54,203 bases of DNA from Nemertoderma westbladi (GCA_032718475.1 JAUCBJ010009102.1:1-54203), one strand, 5' to 3'. Positions 13,301 to 27,534 are shown, numbered from the stretch's first letter. Notes: generated by a model not told the origin, from the letters alone. Numbers and translations are program-made.

Positions 13301-16300
13301 GGCGACTGTCCTAATCCAGGTGGGTTTGTATTTATGATCCGGAGTTTATAAACGTTGGCGACTGTCCTAATCCAGGTGGGTTTGTATTTATGATCCGGAG
13401 TTTATAAACGTTGGCGACTGTCCTAATCCAGGTGGGTTTGTATTTATGATCCGGAGTTTATAAACGTTGGCGACTGTCCTAATCCAGGTGGGTTTGTATT
13501 TATGATCCGGAGTTTATAAACGTTGGCGACTGTCCTAATCCAGGTGGGTTTGTATTTATGATCCGGAGTTTATAAACGTTGGCGACTGTCCTAATCCAGG
13601 TGGGTTTGTATTTATGATCCGGAGTTTATAAACGTTGGCGACTGTCCTAATCCAGGTGGGTTTGTATTTATGATCCGGAGTTTATAAACGTTGGCGACTG
13701 TCCTAATCCAGGTGGGTTTGTATTTATGATCCGGAGTTTATAAACGTTGGCGACTGTCCTAATCCAGGTGGGTTTGTATTTATGATCCGGAGTTTATAAA
13801 CGTTGGCGACTGTCCTAATCCAGGTGGGTTTGTATTTATGATCCGGAGTTTATAAACGTTGGCGACTGTCCTAATCCAGGTGGGTTTGTATTTATGATCC
13901 GGAGTTTATAAACGTTGGCGACTGTCCTAATCCAGGTGGGTTTGTATTTATGATCCGGAGTTTATAAACGTTGGCGACTGTCCTAATCCAGGTGGGTTTG
14001 TATTTATGATCCGGAGTTTATAAACGTTGGCGACTGTCCTAATCCAGGTGGGTTTGTATTTATGATCCGGAGTTTATAAACGTTGGCGACTGTCCTAATC
14101 CAGGTGGGTTTGTATATCTGATCCGGAGTTTATAAACGTTGGCGACTGTCCTAATCCAGGTGGGTTTGTATTTATGATCCGGAGTTTATAAACGTTGGCG
14201 ACTGTCCTAATCCAGGTGGGTTTGTATTTATGATCCGGAGTTTATAAACGTTGGCGACTGTCCTAATCCAGGTGGGTTTGTATTTATGATCCGGAGTTTA
14301 TAAACGTTGGCGACTGTCCTAATCCAGGTGGGTTTGTATTTATGATCCGGAGTTTATAAACGTTGGCGACTGTCCTAATCCAGGTGGGTTTGTATATCTG
14401 ATCCGGAGTTTATAAACGTTGGCGACTGTCCTAATCCAGGTGGGTTTGTATTTATGATCCGGAGTTTATAAACGTTGGCGACTGTCCTAATCCAGGTGGG
14501 TTTGTATTTATGATCCGGAGTTTATAAACGTTGGCGACTGTCCTAATCCAGGTGGGTTTGTATATCTGATCCGGAGTTTATAAACGTTGGCGACTGTCCT
14601 AATCCAGGTGGGTTTGTATTTATGATCCGGAGTTTATAAACGTTGGCGACTGTCCTAATCCAGGTGGGTTTGTATTTATGATCCGGAGTTTATAAACGTT
14701 GGCGACTGTCCTAATCCAGGTGGGTTTGTATTATGATCCGGAGTTTATAAACGTTGGCGACTGTCCTAATCCAGGTGGGTTTGTATATCTGATCCGGAGT
14801 TTATAAACGTTGGCGACTGTCCTAATCCAGGTGGGTTTGTATTTATGATCCGGAGTTTATAAACGTTGGCGACTGTCCTAATCCAGGTGGGTTTGTATTT
14901 ATGATCCGGAGTTTATAAACGTTGGCGACTGTCCTAATCCAGGTGGGTTTGTATTTATGATCCGGAGTTTATAAACGTTGGCGACTGTCCTAATCCAGGT
15001 GGGTTTGTATTTATGATCCGGAGTTTATAAACGTTGGCGACTGTCCTAATCCAGGTGGGTTTGTATTATGATCCGGAGTTTATAAACGTTGGCGACTGTC
15101 CTAATCCAGGTGGGTTTGTATTTATGATCCGGAGTTTATAAACGTTGGCGACTGTCCTAATCCAGGTGGGTTTGTATTTATGATCCGGAGTTTATAAACG
15201 TTGGCGACTGTCCTAATCCAGGTGGGTTTGTATTTATGATCCGGAGTTTATAAACGTTGGCGACTGTCCTAATCCAGGTGGGTTTGTATTTATGATCCGG
15301 AGTTTATAAACGTTGGCGACTGTCCTAATCCAGGTGGGTTTGTATTTATGATCCGGAGTTTATAAACGTTGGCGACTGTCCTAATCCAGGTGGGTTTGTA
15401 TTATGATCCGGAGTTTATAAACGTTGGCGACTGTCCTAATCCAGGTGGGTTTGTATTTATGATCCGGAGTTTATAAACGTTGGCGACTGTCCTAATCCAG
15501 GTGGGTTTGTATTTATGATCCGGAGTTTATAAACGTTGGCGACTGTCCTAATCCAGGTGGGTTTGTATTTATGATCCGGAGTTTATAAACGTTGGCGACT
15601 GTCCTAATCCAGGTGGGTTTGTATTTATGATCCGGAGTTTATAAACGTTGGCGACTGTCCTAATCCAGGTGGGTTTGTATTTATGATCCGGAGTTTATAA
15701 ACGTTGGCGACTGTCCTAATCCAGGTGGGTTTGTATTTATGATCCGGAGTTTATAAACGTTGGCGACTGTCCTAATCCAGGTGGGTTTGTATTTATGATC
15801 CGGAGTTTATAAACGTTGGCGACTGTCCTAATCCAGGTGGGTTTGTATTTATGATCCGGAGTTTATAAACGTTGGCGACTGTCCTAATCCAGGTGGGTTT
15901 GTATTTATGATCCGGAGTTTATAAACGTTGGCGACTGTCCTAATCCAGGTGGGTTTGTATATGATCCGGAGTTTATAAACGTTGGCGACTGTCCTAATCC
16001 AGGTGGGTTTGTATTTATGATCCGGAGTTTATAAACGTTGGCGACTGTCCTAATCCAGGTGGGTTTGTATTATGATCCGGAGTTTATAAACGTTGGCGAC
16101 TGTCCTAATCCAGGTGGGTTTGTATTTATGATCCGGAGTTTATAAACGTTGGCGACTGTCCTAATCCAGGTGGGTTTGTATTTATGATCCGGAGTTTATA
16201 AACGTTGGCGACTGTCCTAATCCAGGTGGGTTTGTATTTATGATCCGGAGTTTATAAACGTTGGCGACTGTCCTAATCCAGGTGGGTTTGTATTTATGAT

Positions 16301-19300
16301 CCGGAGTTTATAAACGTTGGCGACTGTCCTAATCCAGGTGGGTTTGTATTTATGATCCGGAGTTTATAAACGTTGGCGACTGTCCTAATCCAGGTGGGTT
16401 TGTATTTATGATCCGGAGTTTATAAACGTTGGCGACTGTCCTAATCCAGGTGGGTTTGTATTTATGATCCGGAGTTTATAAACGTTGGCGACTGTCCTAA
16501 TCCAGGTGGGTTTGTATTTATGATCCGGAGTTTATAAACGTTGGCGACTGTCCTAATCCAGGTGGGTTTGTATTTATGATCCGGAGTTTATAAACGTTGG
16601 CGACTGTCCTAATCCAGGTGGGTTTGTATTTATGATCCGGAGTTTATAAACGTTGGCGACTGTCCTAATCCAGGTGGGTTTGTATTTATGATCCGGAGTT
16701 TATAAACGTTGGCGACTGTCCTAATCCAGGTGGGTTTGTATTTATGATCCGGAGTTTATAAACGTTGGCGACTGTCCTAATCCAGGTGGGTTTGTATTTA
16801 TGATCCGGAGTTTATAAACGTTGGCGACTGTCCTAATCCAGGTGGGTTTGTATTTATGATCCGGAGTTTATAAACGTTGGCGACTGTCCTAATCCAGGTG
16901 GGTTTGTATTTATGATCCGGAGTTTATAAACGTTGGCGACTGTCCTAATCCAGGTGGGTTTGTATTTATGATCCGGAGTTTATAAACGTTGGCGACTGTC
17001 CTAATCCAGGTGGGTTTGTATTTATGATCCGGAGTTTATAAACGTTGGCGACTGTCCTAATCCAGGTGGGTTTGTATTTATGATCCGGAGTTTATAAACG
17101 TTGGCGACTGTCCTAATCCAGGTGGGTTTGTATTTATGATCCGGAGTTTATAAACGTTGGCGACTGTCCTAATCCAGGTGGGTTTGTATTTATGATCCGG
17201 AGTTTATAAACGTTGGCGACTGTCCTAATCCAGGTGGGTTTGTATTATGATCCGGAGTTTATAAACGTTGGCGACTGTCCTAATCCAGGTGGGTTTGTAT
17301 TTATGATCCGGAGTTTATAAACGTTGGCGACTGTCCTAATCCAGGTGGGTTTGTATTATGATCCGGAGTTTATAAACGTTGGCGACTGTCCTAATCCAGG
17401 TGGGTTTGTATTTATGATCCGGAGTTTATAAACGTTGGCGACTGTCCTAATCCAGGTGGGTTTGTATTTATGATCCGGAGTTTATAAACGTTGGCGACTG
17501 TCCTAATCCAGGTGGGTTTGTATTATGATCCGGAGTTTATAAACGTTGGCGACTGTCCTAATCCAGGTGGGTTTGTATTATGATCCGGAGTTTATAAACG
17601 TTGGCGACTGTCCTAATCCAGGTGGGTTTGTATATGATCCGGAGTTTATAAACGTTGGCGACTGTCCTAATCCAGGTGGGTTTGTATTTATGATCCGGAG
17701 TTTATAAACGTTGGCGACTGTCCTAATCCAGGTGGGTTTGTATTTATGATCCGGAGTTTATAAACGTTGGCGACTGTCCTAATCCAGGTGGGTTTGTATT
17801 TATGATCCGGAGTTTATAAACGTTGGCGACTGTCCTAATCCAGGTGGGTTTGTATTTATGATCCGGAGTTTATAAACGTTGGCGACTGTCCTAATCCAGG
17901 TGGGTTTGTATTTATGATCCGGAGTTTATAAACGTTGGCGACTGTCCTAATCCAGGTGGGTTTGTATTTATGATCCGGAGTTTATAAACGTTGGCGACTG
18001 TCCTAATCCAGGTGGGTTTGTATTTATGATCCGGAGTTTATAAACGTTGGCGACTGTCCTAATCCAGGTGGGTTTGTATTTATGATCCGGAGTTTATAAA
18101 CGTTGGCGACTGTCCTAATCCAGGTGGGTTTGTATTTATGATCCGGAGTTTATAAACGTTGGCGACTGTCCTAATCCAGGTGGGTTTGTATTTATGATCC
18201 GGAGTTTATAAACGTTGGCGACTGTCCTAATCCAGGTGGGTTTGTATTTATGATCCGGAGTTTATAAACGTTGGCGACTGTCCTAATCCATGTGGGTTTG
18301 TATTTATGATCCGGAGTTTATAAACGTTGGCGACTGTCCTAATCCAGGTGGGTTTGTATTTATGATACGGAGTTTATAAACGTTGGCGACTGTCCTAATC
18401 CAGGTGGGTTTGTATTTATGATCCGGAGTTTATAAACGTTGGCGACTGTCCTAATCCAGGTGGGTTTGTATTTATGATCCGGAGTTTATAAACGTTGGCG
18501 ACTGTCCTAATCCAGGTGGGTTTGTATTTATGATCCGGAGTTTATAAACGTTGGCGACTGTCCTAATCCAGGTGGGTTTGTATTTATGATCCGGAGTTTA
18601 TAAACGTTGGCGACTGTCCTAATCCAGGTGGGTTTGTATTTATGATCCGGAGTTTATAAACGTTGGCGACTGTCCTAATCCAGGTGGGTTTGTATTTATG
18701 ATCCGGAGTTTATAAACGTTGGCGACTGTCCTAATCCAGGTGGGTTTGTATTTATGATCCGGAGTTTATAAACGTTGGCGACTGTCCTAATCCAGGTGGG
18801 TTTGTATTTATGATCCGGAGTTTATAAACGTTGGCGACTGTCCTAATCCAGGTGGGTTTGTATTTATGATCCGGAGTTTATAAACGTTGGCGACTGTCCT
18901 AATCCAGGTGGGTTTGTATTTATGATCCGGAGTTTATAAACGTTGGCGACTGTCCTAATCCAGGTGGGTTTGTATTTATGATCCGGAGTTTATAAACGTT
19001 GGCGACTGTCCTAATCCAGGTGGGTTTGTATTATGATCCGGAGTTTATAAACGTTGGCGACTGTCCTAATCCAGGTGGGTTTGTATTTATGATCCGGAGT
19101 TTATAAACGTTGGCGACTGTCCTAATCCAGGTGGGTTTGTATATGATCCGGAGTTTATAAACGTTGGCGACTGTCCTAATCCAGGTGGGTTTGTATATGA
19201 TCCGGAGTTTATAAACGTTGGCGACTGTCCTAATCCAGGTGGGTTTGTATTTATGATCCGGAGTTTATAAACGTTGGCGTCTGTCCTAATCCAGGTGGGT

Positions 19301-22300
19301 TTGTATATGATCCGGAGTTTATAAACGTTGGCGACTGTCCTAATCCAGGTGGGTTTGTATATGATCCGGAGTTTATAAACGTTGGCGACTGTCCTAATCC
19401 AGGTGGGTTTGTATTTATGATCCGGAGTTTATAAACGTTTGCGTCTGTCCTAATCCAGGTGGGTTTGTATATGATCCGGAGTTTATAAACGTTGGCGACT
19501 GTCCTAATCCAGGTGGGTTTGTATATGATCCGGAGTTTATAAACGTTGGCGACTGTCCTAATCCAGGTGGGTTTGTATATGATACGGAGTTTATAAACGT
19601 TGGCGACTATCCTAATCCATGTGGGTTTGTATATGATACGGAGTTTATAAACGTTGGCGACTGTCCTAATCCAGGTGTGTTTGTATTTATGATCCGGAGT
19701 TTATAAACGTTGGCGACTATCCTAATCCATGTGGGTTTGTATATGATACGGAGTTTATAAACGTTGGCGACTGTCCTAATCCAGGTGTGTTTGTATTTAT
19801 GATCCGGAGTTTATAAACGTTGGCGACTATCCTAATCCATGTGGGTTTGTATTTATGATCCGGAGTTTATAAACGTTGGCGACTGTCCTAATCCAGGTGG
19901 GTTTGTATATGATCCGGAGTTTATAAACGTTGGCGACTGTCCTAATCCAGGTGGGTTTGTATATGATCCGGAGTTTATAAACGTTGGCGACTATCCTAAT
20001 CCATGTGGGTTTGTATATGATACGGAGTTTATAAACGTTGGCGACTATCCTAATCCATGTGGGTTTGTATATGATACGGAGTTTATAAACGTTGGCGACT
20101 GTCCTAATCCAGGTGTGTTTGTATTTATGATCCGGAGTTTATAAACGTTGGCGACTATCCTAATCCATGTGGGTTTGTATATGATCCGGAGTTTATAAAC
20201 GTTGGCGACTATCCTAATCCATGTGGGTTTGTATATGATACGGAGTTTATAAACGTTGGCGACTGTCCTAATCCATGTGGGTTTGTATTTATGATCCGGA
20301 GTTTATAAACGTTGGCGACTGTCCTAATCCAGGTGGGTTTGTATATATGATCCGGAGTTTATAAACGTTGGCGACTGTCCTAATCCAGGTGGGTTTGTAT
20401 TTATGATCCGGAGTTTATAAACGTTGGCGACTGTCCTAATCCAGGTGGGTTTGTATATGATACGGAGTTTATAAACGTTGGCGACTGTCCTAATCCAGGT
20501 GGGTTTGTATTTATGATCCGGAGTTTATAAACGTTGGCGACTGTCCTAATCCAGGTGGGTTTGTATTTATGATCCGGAGTTTATAAACGTTGGCGACTGT
20601 CCTAATCCAGGTGGGTTTGTATTTATGATCCGGAGTTTATAAACGTTGGCGACTGTCCTAATCCAGGTGGGTTTGTATATGATCCGGAGTTTATAAACGT
20701 TGGCGACTGTCCTAATCCAGGTGGGTTTGTATTTATGATCCGGAGTTTATAAACGTTGGCGACTATCCTAATCCAGGTGGGTTTGTATTTATGATCCGGA
20801 GTTTATAAACGTTGGCGACTGTCCTAATCCAGGTGGGTTTGTATATGATCCGGAGTTTATAAACGTTGGCGACTGTCCTAATCCAGGTGGGTTTGTATAT
20901 GATCCGGAGTTTATAAACGTTGGCGACTGTCCTAATCCAGGTGGGTTTGTATTTATGATCCGGAGTTTATAAACGTTTGCGTCTGTCCTAATCCAGGTGG
21001 GTTTGTATATGATCCGGAGTTTATAAACGTTGGCGACTGTCCTAATCCAGGTGGGTTTGTATATGATCCGGAGTTTATAAACGTTGGCGACTGTCCTAAT
21101 CCAGGTGGGTTTGTATATGATACGGAGTTTATAAACGTTGGCGACTATCCTAATCCATGTGGGTTTGTATATGATACGGAGTTTATAAACGTTGGCGACT
21201 GTCCTAATCCAGGTGTGTTTGTATTTATGATCCGGAGTTTATAAACGTTGGCGACTATCCTAATCCATGTGGGTTTGTATATGATACGGAGTTTATAAAC
21301 GTTGGCGACTGTCCTAATCCAGGTGTGTTTGTATTTATGATCCGGAGTTTATAAACGTTGGCGACTATCCTAATCCATGTGGGTTTGTATTTATGATCCG
21401 GAGTTTATAAACGTTGGCGACTGTCCTAATCCAGGTGGGTTTGTATATGATCCGGAGTTTATAAACGTTGGCGACTGTCCTAATCCAGGTGGGTTTGTAT
21501 ATGATCCGGAGTTTATAAACGTTGGCGACTATCCTAATCCATGTGGGTTTGTATATGATACGGAGTTTATAAACGTTGGCGACTATCCTAATCCATGTGG
21601 GTTTGTATATGATACGGAGTTTATAAACGTTGGCGACTGTCCTAATCCAGGTGTGTTTGTATTTATGATCCGGAGTTTATAAACGTTGGCGACTATCCTA
21701 ATCCATGTGGGTTTGTATATGATCCGGAGTTTATAAACGTTGGCGACTATCCTAATCCATGTGGGTTTGTATATGATACGGAGTTTATAAACGTTGGCGA
21801 CTGTCCTAATCCATGTGGGTTTGTATTTATGATCCGGAGTTTATAAACGTTGGCGACTGTCCTAATCCAGGTGGGTTTGTATATATGATCCGGAGTTTAT
21901 AAACGTTGGCGACTGTCCTAATCCAGGTGGGTTTGTATTTATGATCCGGAGTTTATAAACGTTGGCGACTGTCCTAATCCAGGTGGGTTTGTATATGATC
22001 CGGAGATTATAAACGTTGGCGACTGTCCTAATCCAGGTGGGTTTGTATATGATCCGGAGTTTATAAACGTTGGCGACTATCCTAATCCATGTGGGTTTGT
22101 ATTTATGATCCGGAGTTTATAAACGTTGGCGACTGTCCTAATCCAGGTGGGTTTGTATATGATCCGGAGTTTATAAACGTTGGCGACTGTCCTAATCCAG
22201 GTGGGTTTGTATTTATGATCCGGAGTTTATAAACGTTGGCGACTGTCCTAATCCAGGTGGGTTTGTATTTATGATCCGGAGTTTATAAACGTTGGCGACT

Positions 22301-25215
22301 GTCCTAATCCAGGTGGGTTTGTATATGATCCGGAGTTTATAAACGTTGGCGACTATCCTAATCCATGTGGGTTTGTATTTATGATCCGGAGTTTATAAAC
22401 GTTGGCGACTGTCCTAATCCAGGTGGGTTTGTATATGATCCGGAGTTTATAAACGTTGGCGACTGTCCTAATCCAGGTGGGTTTGTATTTATGATCCGGA
22501 GTTTATAAACGTTGGCGACTGTCCTAATCCAGGTGGGTTTGTATTTATGATCCGGAGTTTATAAACGTTGGCGACTGTCCTAATCCAGGTGGGTTTGTAT
22601 TTATGATCCGGAGTTTATAAACGTTGGCGACTGTCCTAATCCAGGTGGGTTTGTATTTATGATCCGGAGTTTATAAACGTTGGCGACCGTCCTAATCCAG
22701 GTGGGTTTGTATATGATCCGGAGTTTATAAACGTTGGCGACTGTCCTAATCCAGGTGGGTTTGTATTTATGATCCGGAGTTTATAAACGTTGGCGACTGT
22801 CCTAATCCAGGTGGGTTTGTATATGATCCGGAGTTTATAAACGTTGGCGACTGTCCTAATCCAGGTGGGTTTGTATTTATGATCCGGAGTTTATAAACGT
22901 TGGCGACTGTCCTAATCCAGGTGGGTTTGTATATGATCCGGAGTTTATAAACGTTGGCGACTGTCCTAATCCAGGTGGGTTTGTATTTATGATCCGGAGT
23001 TTATAAACGTTGGCGACTGTCCTAATCCAGGTGGGTTTGTATTTATGATCCGGAGTTTATAAACGTTTGCGACTGTCCTAATCCAGGTGGGTTTGTATTT
23101 ATGATCCGGAGTTTATAAACGTTGGCGACTGTCCTAATCCAGGTGGGTTTGTATATGATCCGGAGTTTATAAACGTTGGCGACTGTCCTAATCCAGGTGG
23201 GTTTGTATTTATGATCCGGAGTTTATAAACGTTGGCGACTATCCTAATCCATGTGGGTTTGTATTTATGATCCGGAGTTTATAAACGTTGGCGACTGTCC
23301 TAATCCAGGTGTGTTTGTATTTATGATCCGGAGTTTATAAACGTTGGCGACTATCCTAATCCATGTGGGTTTGTATTTATGATCCGGAGTTTATAAACGT
23401 TGGCGACTGTCCTAATCCATGTGGGTTTGTATATCTGATCCGGAGTTTATAAACGTTGGCGACTGTCCTAATCCAGGTGGGTTTGTATATGATCCGGAGT
23501 TTATAAACGTTGGCGACTGTCCTAATCCAGGTGGGTTTGTATTTATGATCCGGAGTTTATAAACGTTGGCGACTATCCTAATCCATGTGGGTTTGTATTT
23601 ATGATCCGGAGTTTATAAACGTTGGCGACTGTCCTAATCCAGGTGGGTTTGTATTTATGATACGGAGTTTTTAAACGTTGGCGACTGTCCTAATCCAGGT
23701 GGGTTTGTATTTATGATCCGGAGTTTATAAACGTTGGCGACTGTCCTAATCCAGGTGGGTTTGTATTTATGATCCGGAGATTATAAACGTTGGCGACTGT
23801 CCTAATCCAGGTGGGTTTGTATTTATGATACGGAGTTTTTAAACGTTGGCGACTGTCCTAATCCAGGTGGGTTTGTATTTATGATCCGGAGTTTATAAAC
23901 GTTGGCGACTGTCCTAATCCAGGTGGGTTTGTATTTATGATCCGGAGATTATAAACGTTGGCGACTGTCCTAATCCAGGTGGGTTTGTATTTATGATCCG
24001 GAGTTTATAAACGTTGGCGACTGTCCTAATCCAGGTGGGTTTGTATTTATGATCCGGAGTTTATAAACGTTGGCGACCGTCCTAATCCGGGTGGGTTTGT
24101 ATTTATGATCCGGAGTTTATAAACGTTGGCGACTGTCCTAATCCAGGTGGGTTTGTATATGATCCGGAGTTTATAAACGTTGGCGACTGTCCTAATCCAG
24201 GTGGGTTTGTATTTATGATCCGGAGTTTATAAACGTTGGCGACTGTCCTAATCCAGGTGGGTTTGTATTTATGATCCGGAGTTTATAAACGTTGGCGACT
24301 GTCCTAATCCAGGTGGGTTTGTATTTATGATCCGGAGTTTATAAACGTTGGCGACTGTCCTAATCCAGGTGGGTTTGTATTTATGATCCGGAGTTTATAA
24401 ACGTTGGCGACTGTCCTAATCCAGGTGGGTTTGTATTTATGATCCGGAGTTTATAAACGTTGGCGACCGTCCTAATCCAGGTGGGTTTGTATTTATGATC
24501 CGGAGTTTATAAACGTTGGCGACTGTCCTAATCCAGGTGGGTTTGTATTTATGATCCGGAGTTTATAAACGTTGGCGACCGTCCTAATCCAGGTGGGTTT
24601 GTATTTATGATCCGGAGTTTATAAAGGTTGGCGACTGTCCTAATCCAGGTGGGTTTGTATTTATGATCCGGAGTTTATAAACGTTGGCGACTGTCCTAAT
24701 CCAGGTGGGTTTGTATTTATGATCCGGAGTTTATAAACGTTGGCGACTGTCCTAATCCAGGTGGGTTTGTATTTATGATCCGGAGTTTATAAACGTTGGC
24801 GACTGTCCTAATCCAGGTGGGTTTGTATTTATGATCCGGAGTTTATAAAGGTTGGCGACTGTCCTAATCCAGGTGGGTTTGTATTTATGATCCGGAGTTT
24901 ATAAACGTTGGCGACTGTCCTAATCCAGGTGGGTTTGTATATGATCCGGAGTTTATAAACGTTGGCGACTGTCCTAATCCAGGTGGGTTTGTATTTATGA
25001 TCCGGAGTTTATAAACGTTGGCGACTGTCCTAATCCAGGTGGGTTTGTATTTATGATACGGAGTTTATAAACGTTGGCGACTGTCCTAATCCAGGTGGGT
25101 TTGTATATGATACGGAGTTTATAAACGTTGGCGACTGTCCTAATCCAGGTGGGTTTGTATATATGATACGGAGTTTATAAACGTTGGCGACTGTCCTAAT
25201 CCAGGTGGGTTTGTA
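7316..25215. repeat. 56-bp satellite-like array (54/55-bp variants), about 320 assembled copies, derived from the exon 5 / intron 5 junction
   Basis: Unit TTGTATTTATGATCCGGAGTTTATAAACGTTGGCGACTGTCCTAATCCAGGTGGGT; period 56 (GATCCGG at 7332 and 7388); unique intron resumes at 25216 (caaagtaaacg). Confidence 0.98.
11059..11158. other. Assembly gap (100 N) inside the 56-bp array
   Basis: Run of exactly 100 N; true array length unknown. Confidence 0.99.
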
Positions 25216-27347
25216 CAAAGTAAACGAGTACTGTTGGGTAAGTGAGGGCCGAGGGCGAGAGTATTTATTAATGTTTATTACAATAACAGGCCAGAATTAG
25301 AGCTCAACTGTGCCTCTTCTTACCCTATTAAACCAGGGGGGGGGGGGGGGGGTCAATATGACCCCCCAGTGGTTTTTTTATTATAATTCTGAAACAAACG
25401 CAGTTGGGAATCTGAAATTTTTTAACTTTTCCTAAACTTATATTGTCTTCCTAATAGTGAAAACGGTTTTTTGGGAAGTTTTCGAGTTATAGCACCATTT
25501 TTTAACCCTACTTTTGGCACTTTTTTTGAGACGTTTTATGAGAATTACATTTCATGAAATATGATTTGTAACATCTCTATTTTTGAATTACACCGGTTTT
25601 TTGGTATTTGCAATTAGATGAAATTCATATAAATTAATTTAGATATTTCAAACTTGTTTTTTTCCGGGTGCCAAATTTTGGTGCCAGCACCAAATTTTGA
25701 AATATGTCAATTTTGTAAATTGATTGTTTGAACCTGTTTTTTGCGCAATAGGGGTTTTTGGGGGTATTAAACTTGTACTTTTCGGTGCTGTGTGCAAAAT
25801 TTGGTGCGAGCACGAAATTTTGAAAATACATGCAATAGTTCAAATGCTTGTGAAAACTTATTTCTCTCGTTTTAGAGGTTTATGGCGGTTCTGAATTGAA
25901 TGGAATAAATAATTATCTAACTAGACATCTCAAACTTGTATTTTTCGGAAGTGGGTCTCAAATTTGGTGCTAACACCAAATTTTGACATCTATCAAATAT
26001 ATCAATTGATTGTGTCACCTTGTTTCTTGCTTTATACGGGTTTGTGAGGGTTCTGAATTCAATGGTACAGTAGAAGTAAAAAATGCATAAGAGTTATTGT
26101 GCCAGCACCAAATTTTTGAAAATTAGCAAATTGATCAATAGATAGTATCATTTTGTTTCTTGCGTTATACGGGTTTATGAGGGTCCTGAATCCGATGGAA
26201 TCAATAAAAACGGCACTGGACATCTCAAACTCGTATTTTTTGGTGATGGGTACAAAATTTGGTGCTATACGAAGCACCAAAAATTGCAATATTACGTCGA
26301 AAAATACGAGTAGCAATGATCTGGCATATTATAAATGTATTCCATTAGAATCAGCGCCCCAAACCTGGAGATGTGAATTTATAGCATCGTATAAGTGAAT
26401 TAAAAATTTTGTTGTTTAAACTGAAAAGTTGTGGTTTGTTATAATTTTTTTCATTTTTTGTCTACGTAGAGGACTAAAACAGCCATTTATAGTAATCAGA
26501 TCATTTTTATATATTTTCAAAGTGATTTTGCGCCCCAGAAAACCTGTATTTAAAAACAATTAGCCGAAAATTGTCATTTTGTGAAAATTGTTCACTACTT
26601 GTAATTTTGGGGCTGCAATATAACCACCCCAGTACATTTTTTCGATTTTTTTTCGGTCGGAGTCAGACTACTCTGAAAAAAGTTTCCGATGGTTTTTTAA
26701 TTAACATACAGTTAATAAGATAAACCATTTGTTTAAATTTTAAACTGTTAGTTATGTAAAAACTTATAATTTAACAGGCTATTTTTCAAACATATTTTCA
26801 ATCCATGAAATAACCAACTATTGTTTTACAGATAACTAATGGTTATTTATAAAAAAATATTTCTCACTATAATCCACCGTTTTTGTGACAATTAAACTAT
26901 TGCATTCTATTAATTGAAACCAATATGTTTTTACTAAAGTAAACTGTTGGTTATATAATATCTAAATGTTATAAATTTCGTGACATTTTTATCTTTGATG
27001 GGCTTTTTTTTTAAACAAAACTGGCTGTTAATGGAGATACGCAAAATGAATAAACTATCCGTAATTTTCTTCTATGACATCTGAAAACTAATGGTTATTT
27101 TAAAATTTAACATTATGTTTTTAACATATGTGGCTTAAAAACTACTAGTTATTTTATGGATTGAGGGTGTTCATCCATTGGTTATTTAACATTTAAATCA
27201 GCAGTGGTTGGCTGAAATTTAAAACTTATATTTTACTGTGATTGGTTGAATAACTGTCGGTATTTTTTTAAATTATTAAAGCCCATGGTTTTTGCAATAA
27301 GAGCTGATATCTGAATCATTCTTTTAACTTGGTTATAGTAACATAAT

Positions 27348-27512
27348 ACTGAAGCTTGAAGTACTGTAGTATTAGGCCTATCCACATCAACTGTAGCTTG
27401 AAGTACTGTAGTATTAGGCCTATCCACATCGACTGTAGCTTGAAGTACTGTAGTATTAGGCCTATCCACATCGACTGTAGCTTGAAGTACTGTAGTATTA
27501 GGCCTATCCTCA
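27348..27512. repeat. 42-bp tandem repeat, about 4 copies
   Basis: tgtagcttgaagtactgtagtattaggcctatccacatcgac repeated. Confidence 0.93.
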
Positions 27513-27534
27513 TCACCTTCATCAAACATCAATA

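Noticed and set aside
7316-25215. CRISPR-like array or multi-exon cassette
   Set aside because: No unique spacers and no cas genes; eukaryotic context; units hold only a fragment of an EGF domain and most are frameshifting with an in-frame TAA.
7316-25215. Telomeric repeat
   Set aside because: GGTGGGTTTG and CCTAA are only parts of a 56-bp unit explained by the exon and donor; unique sequence lies on both sides.
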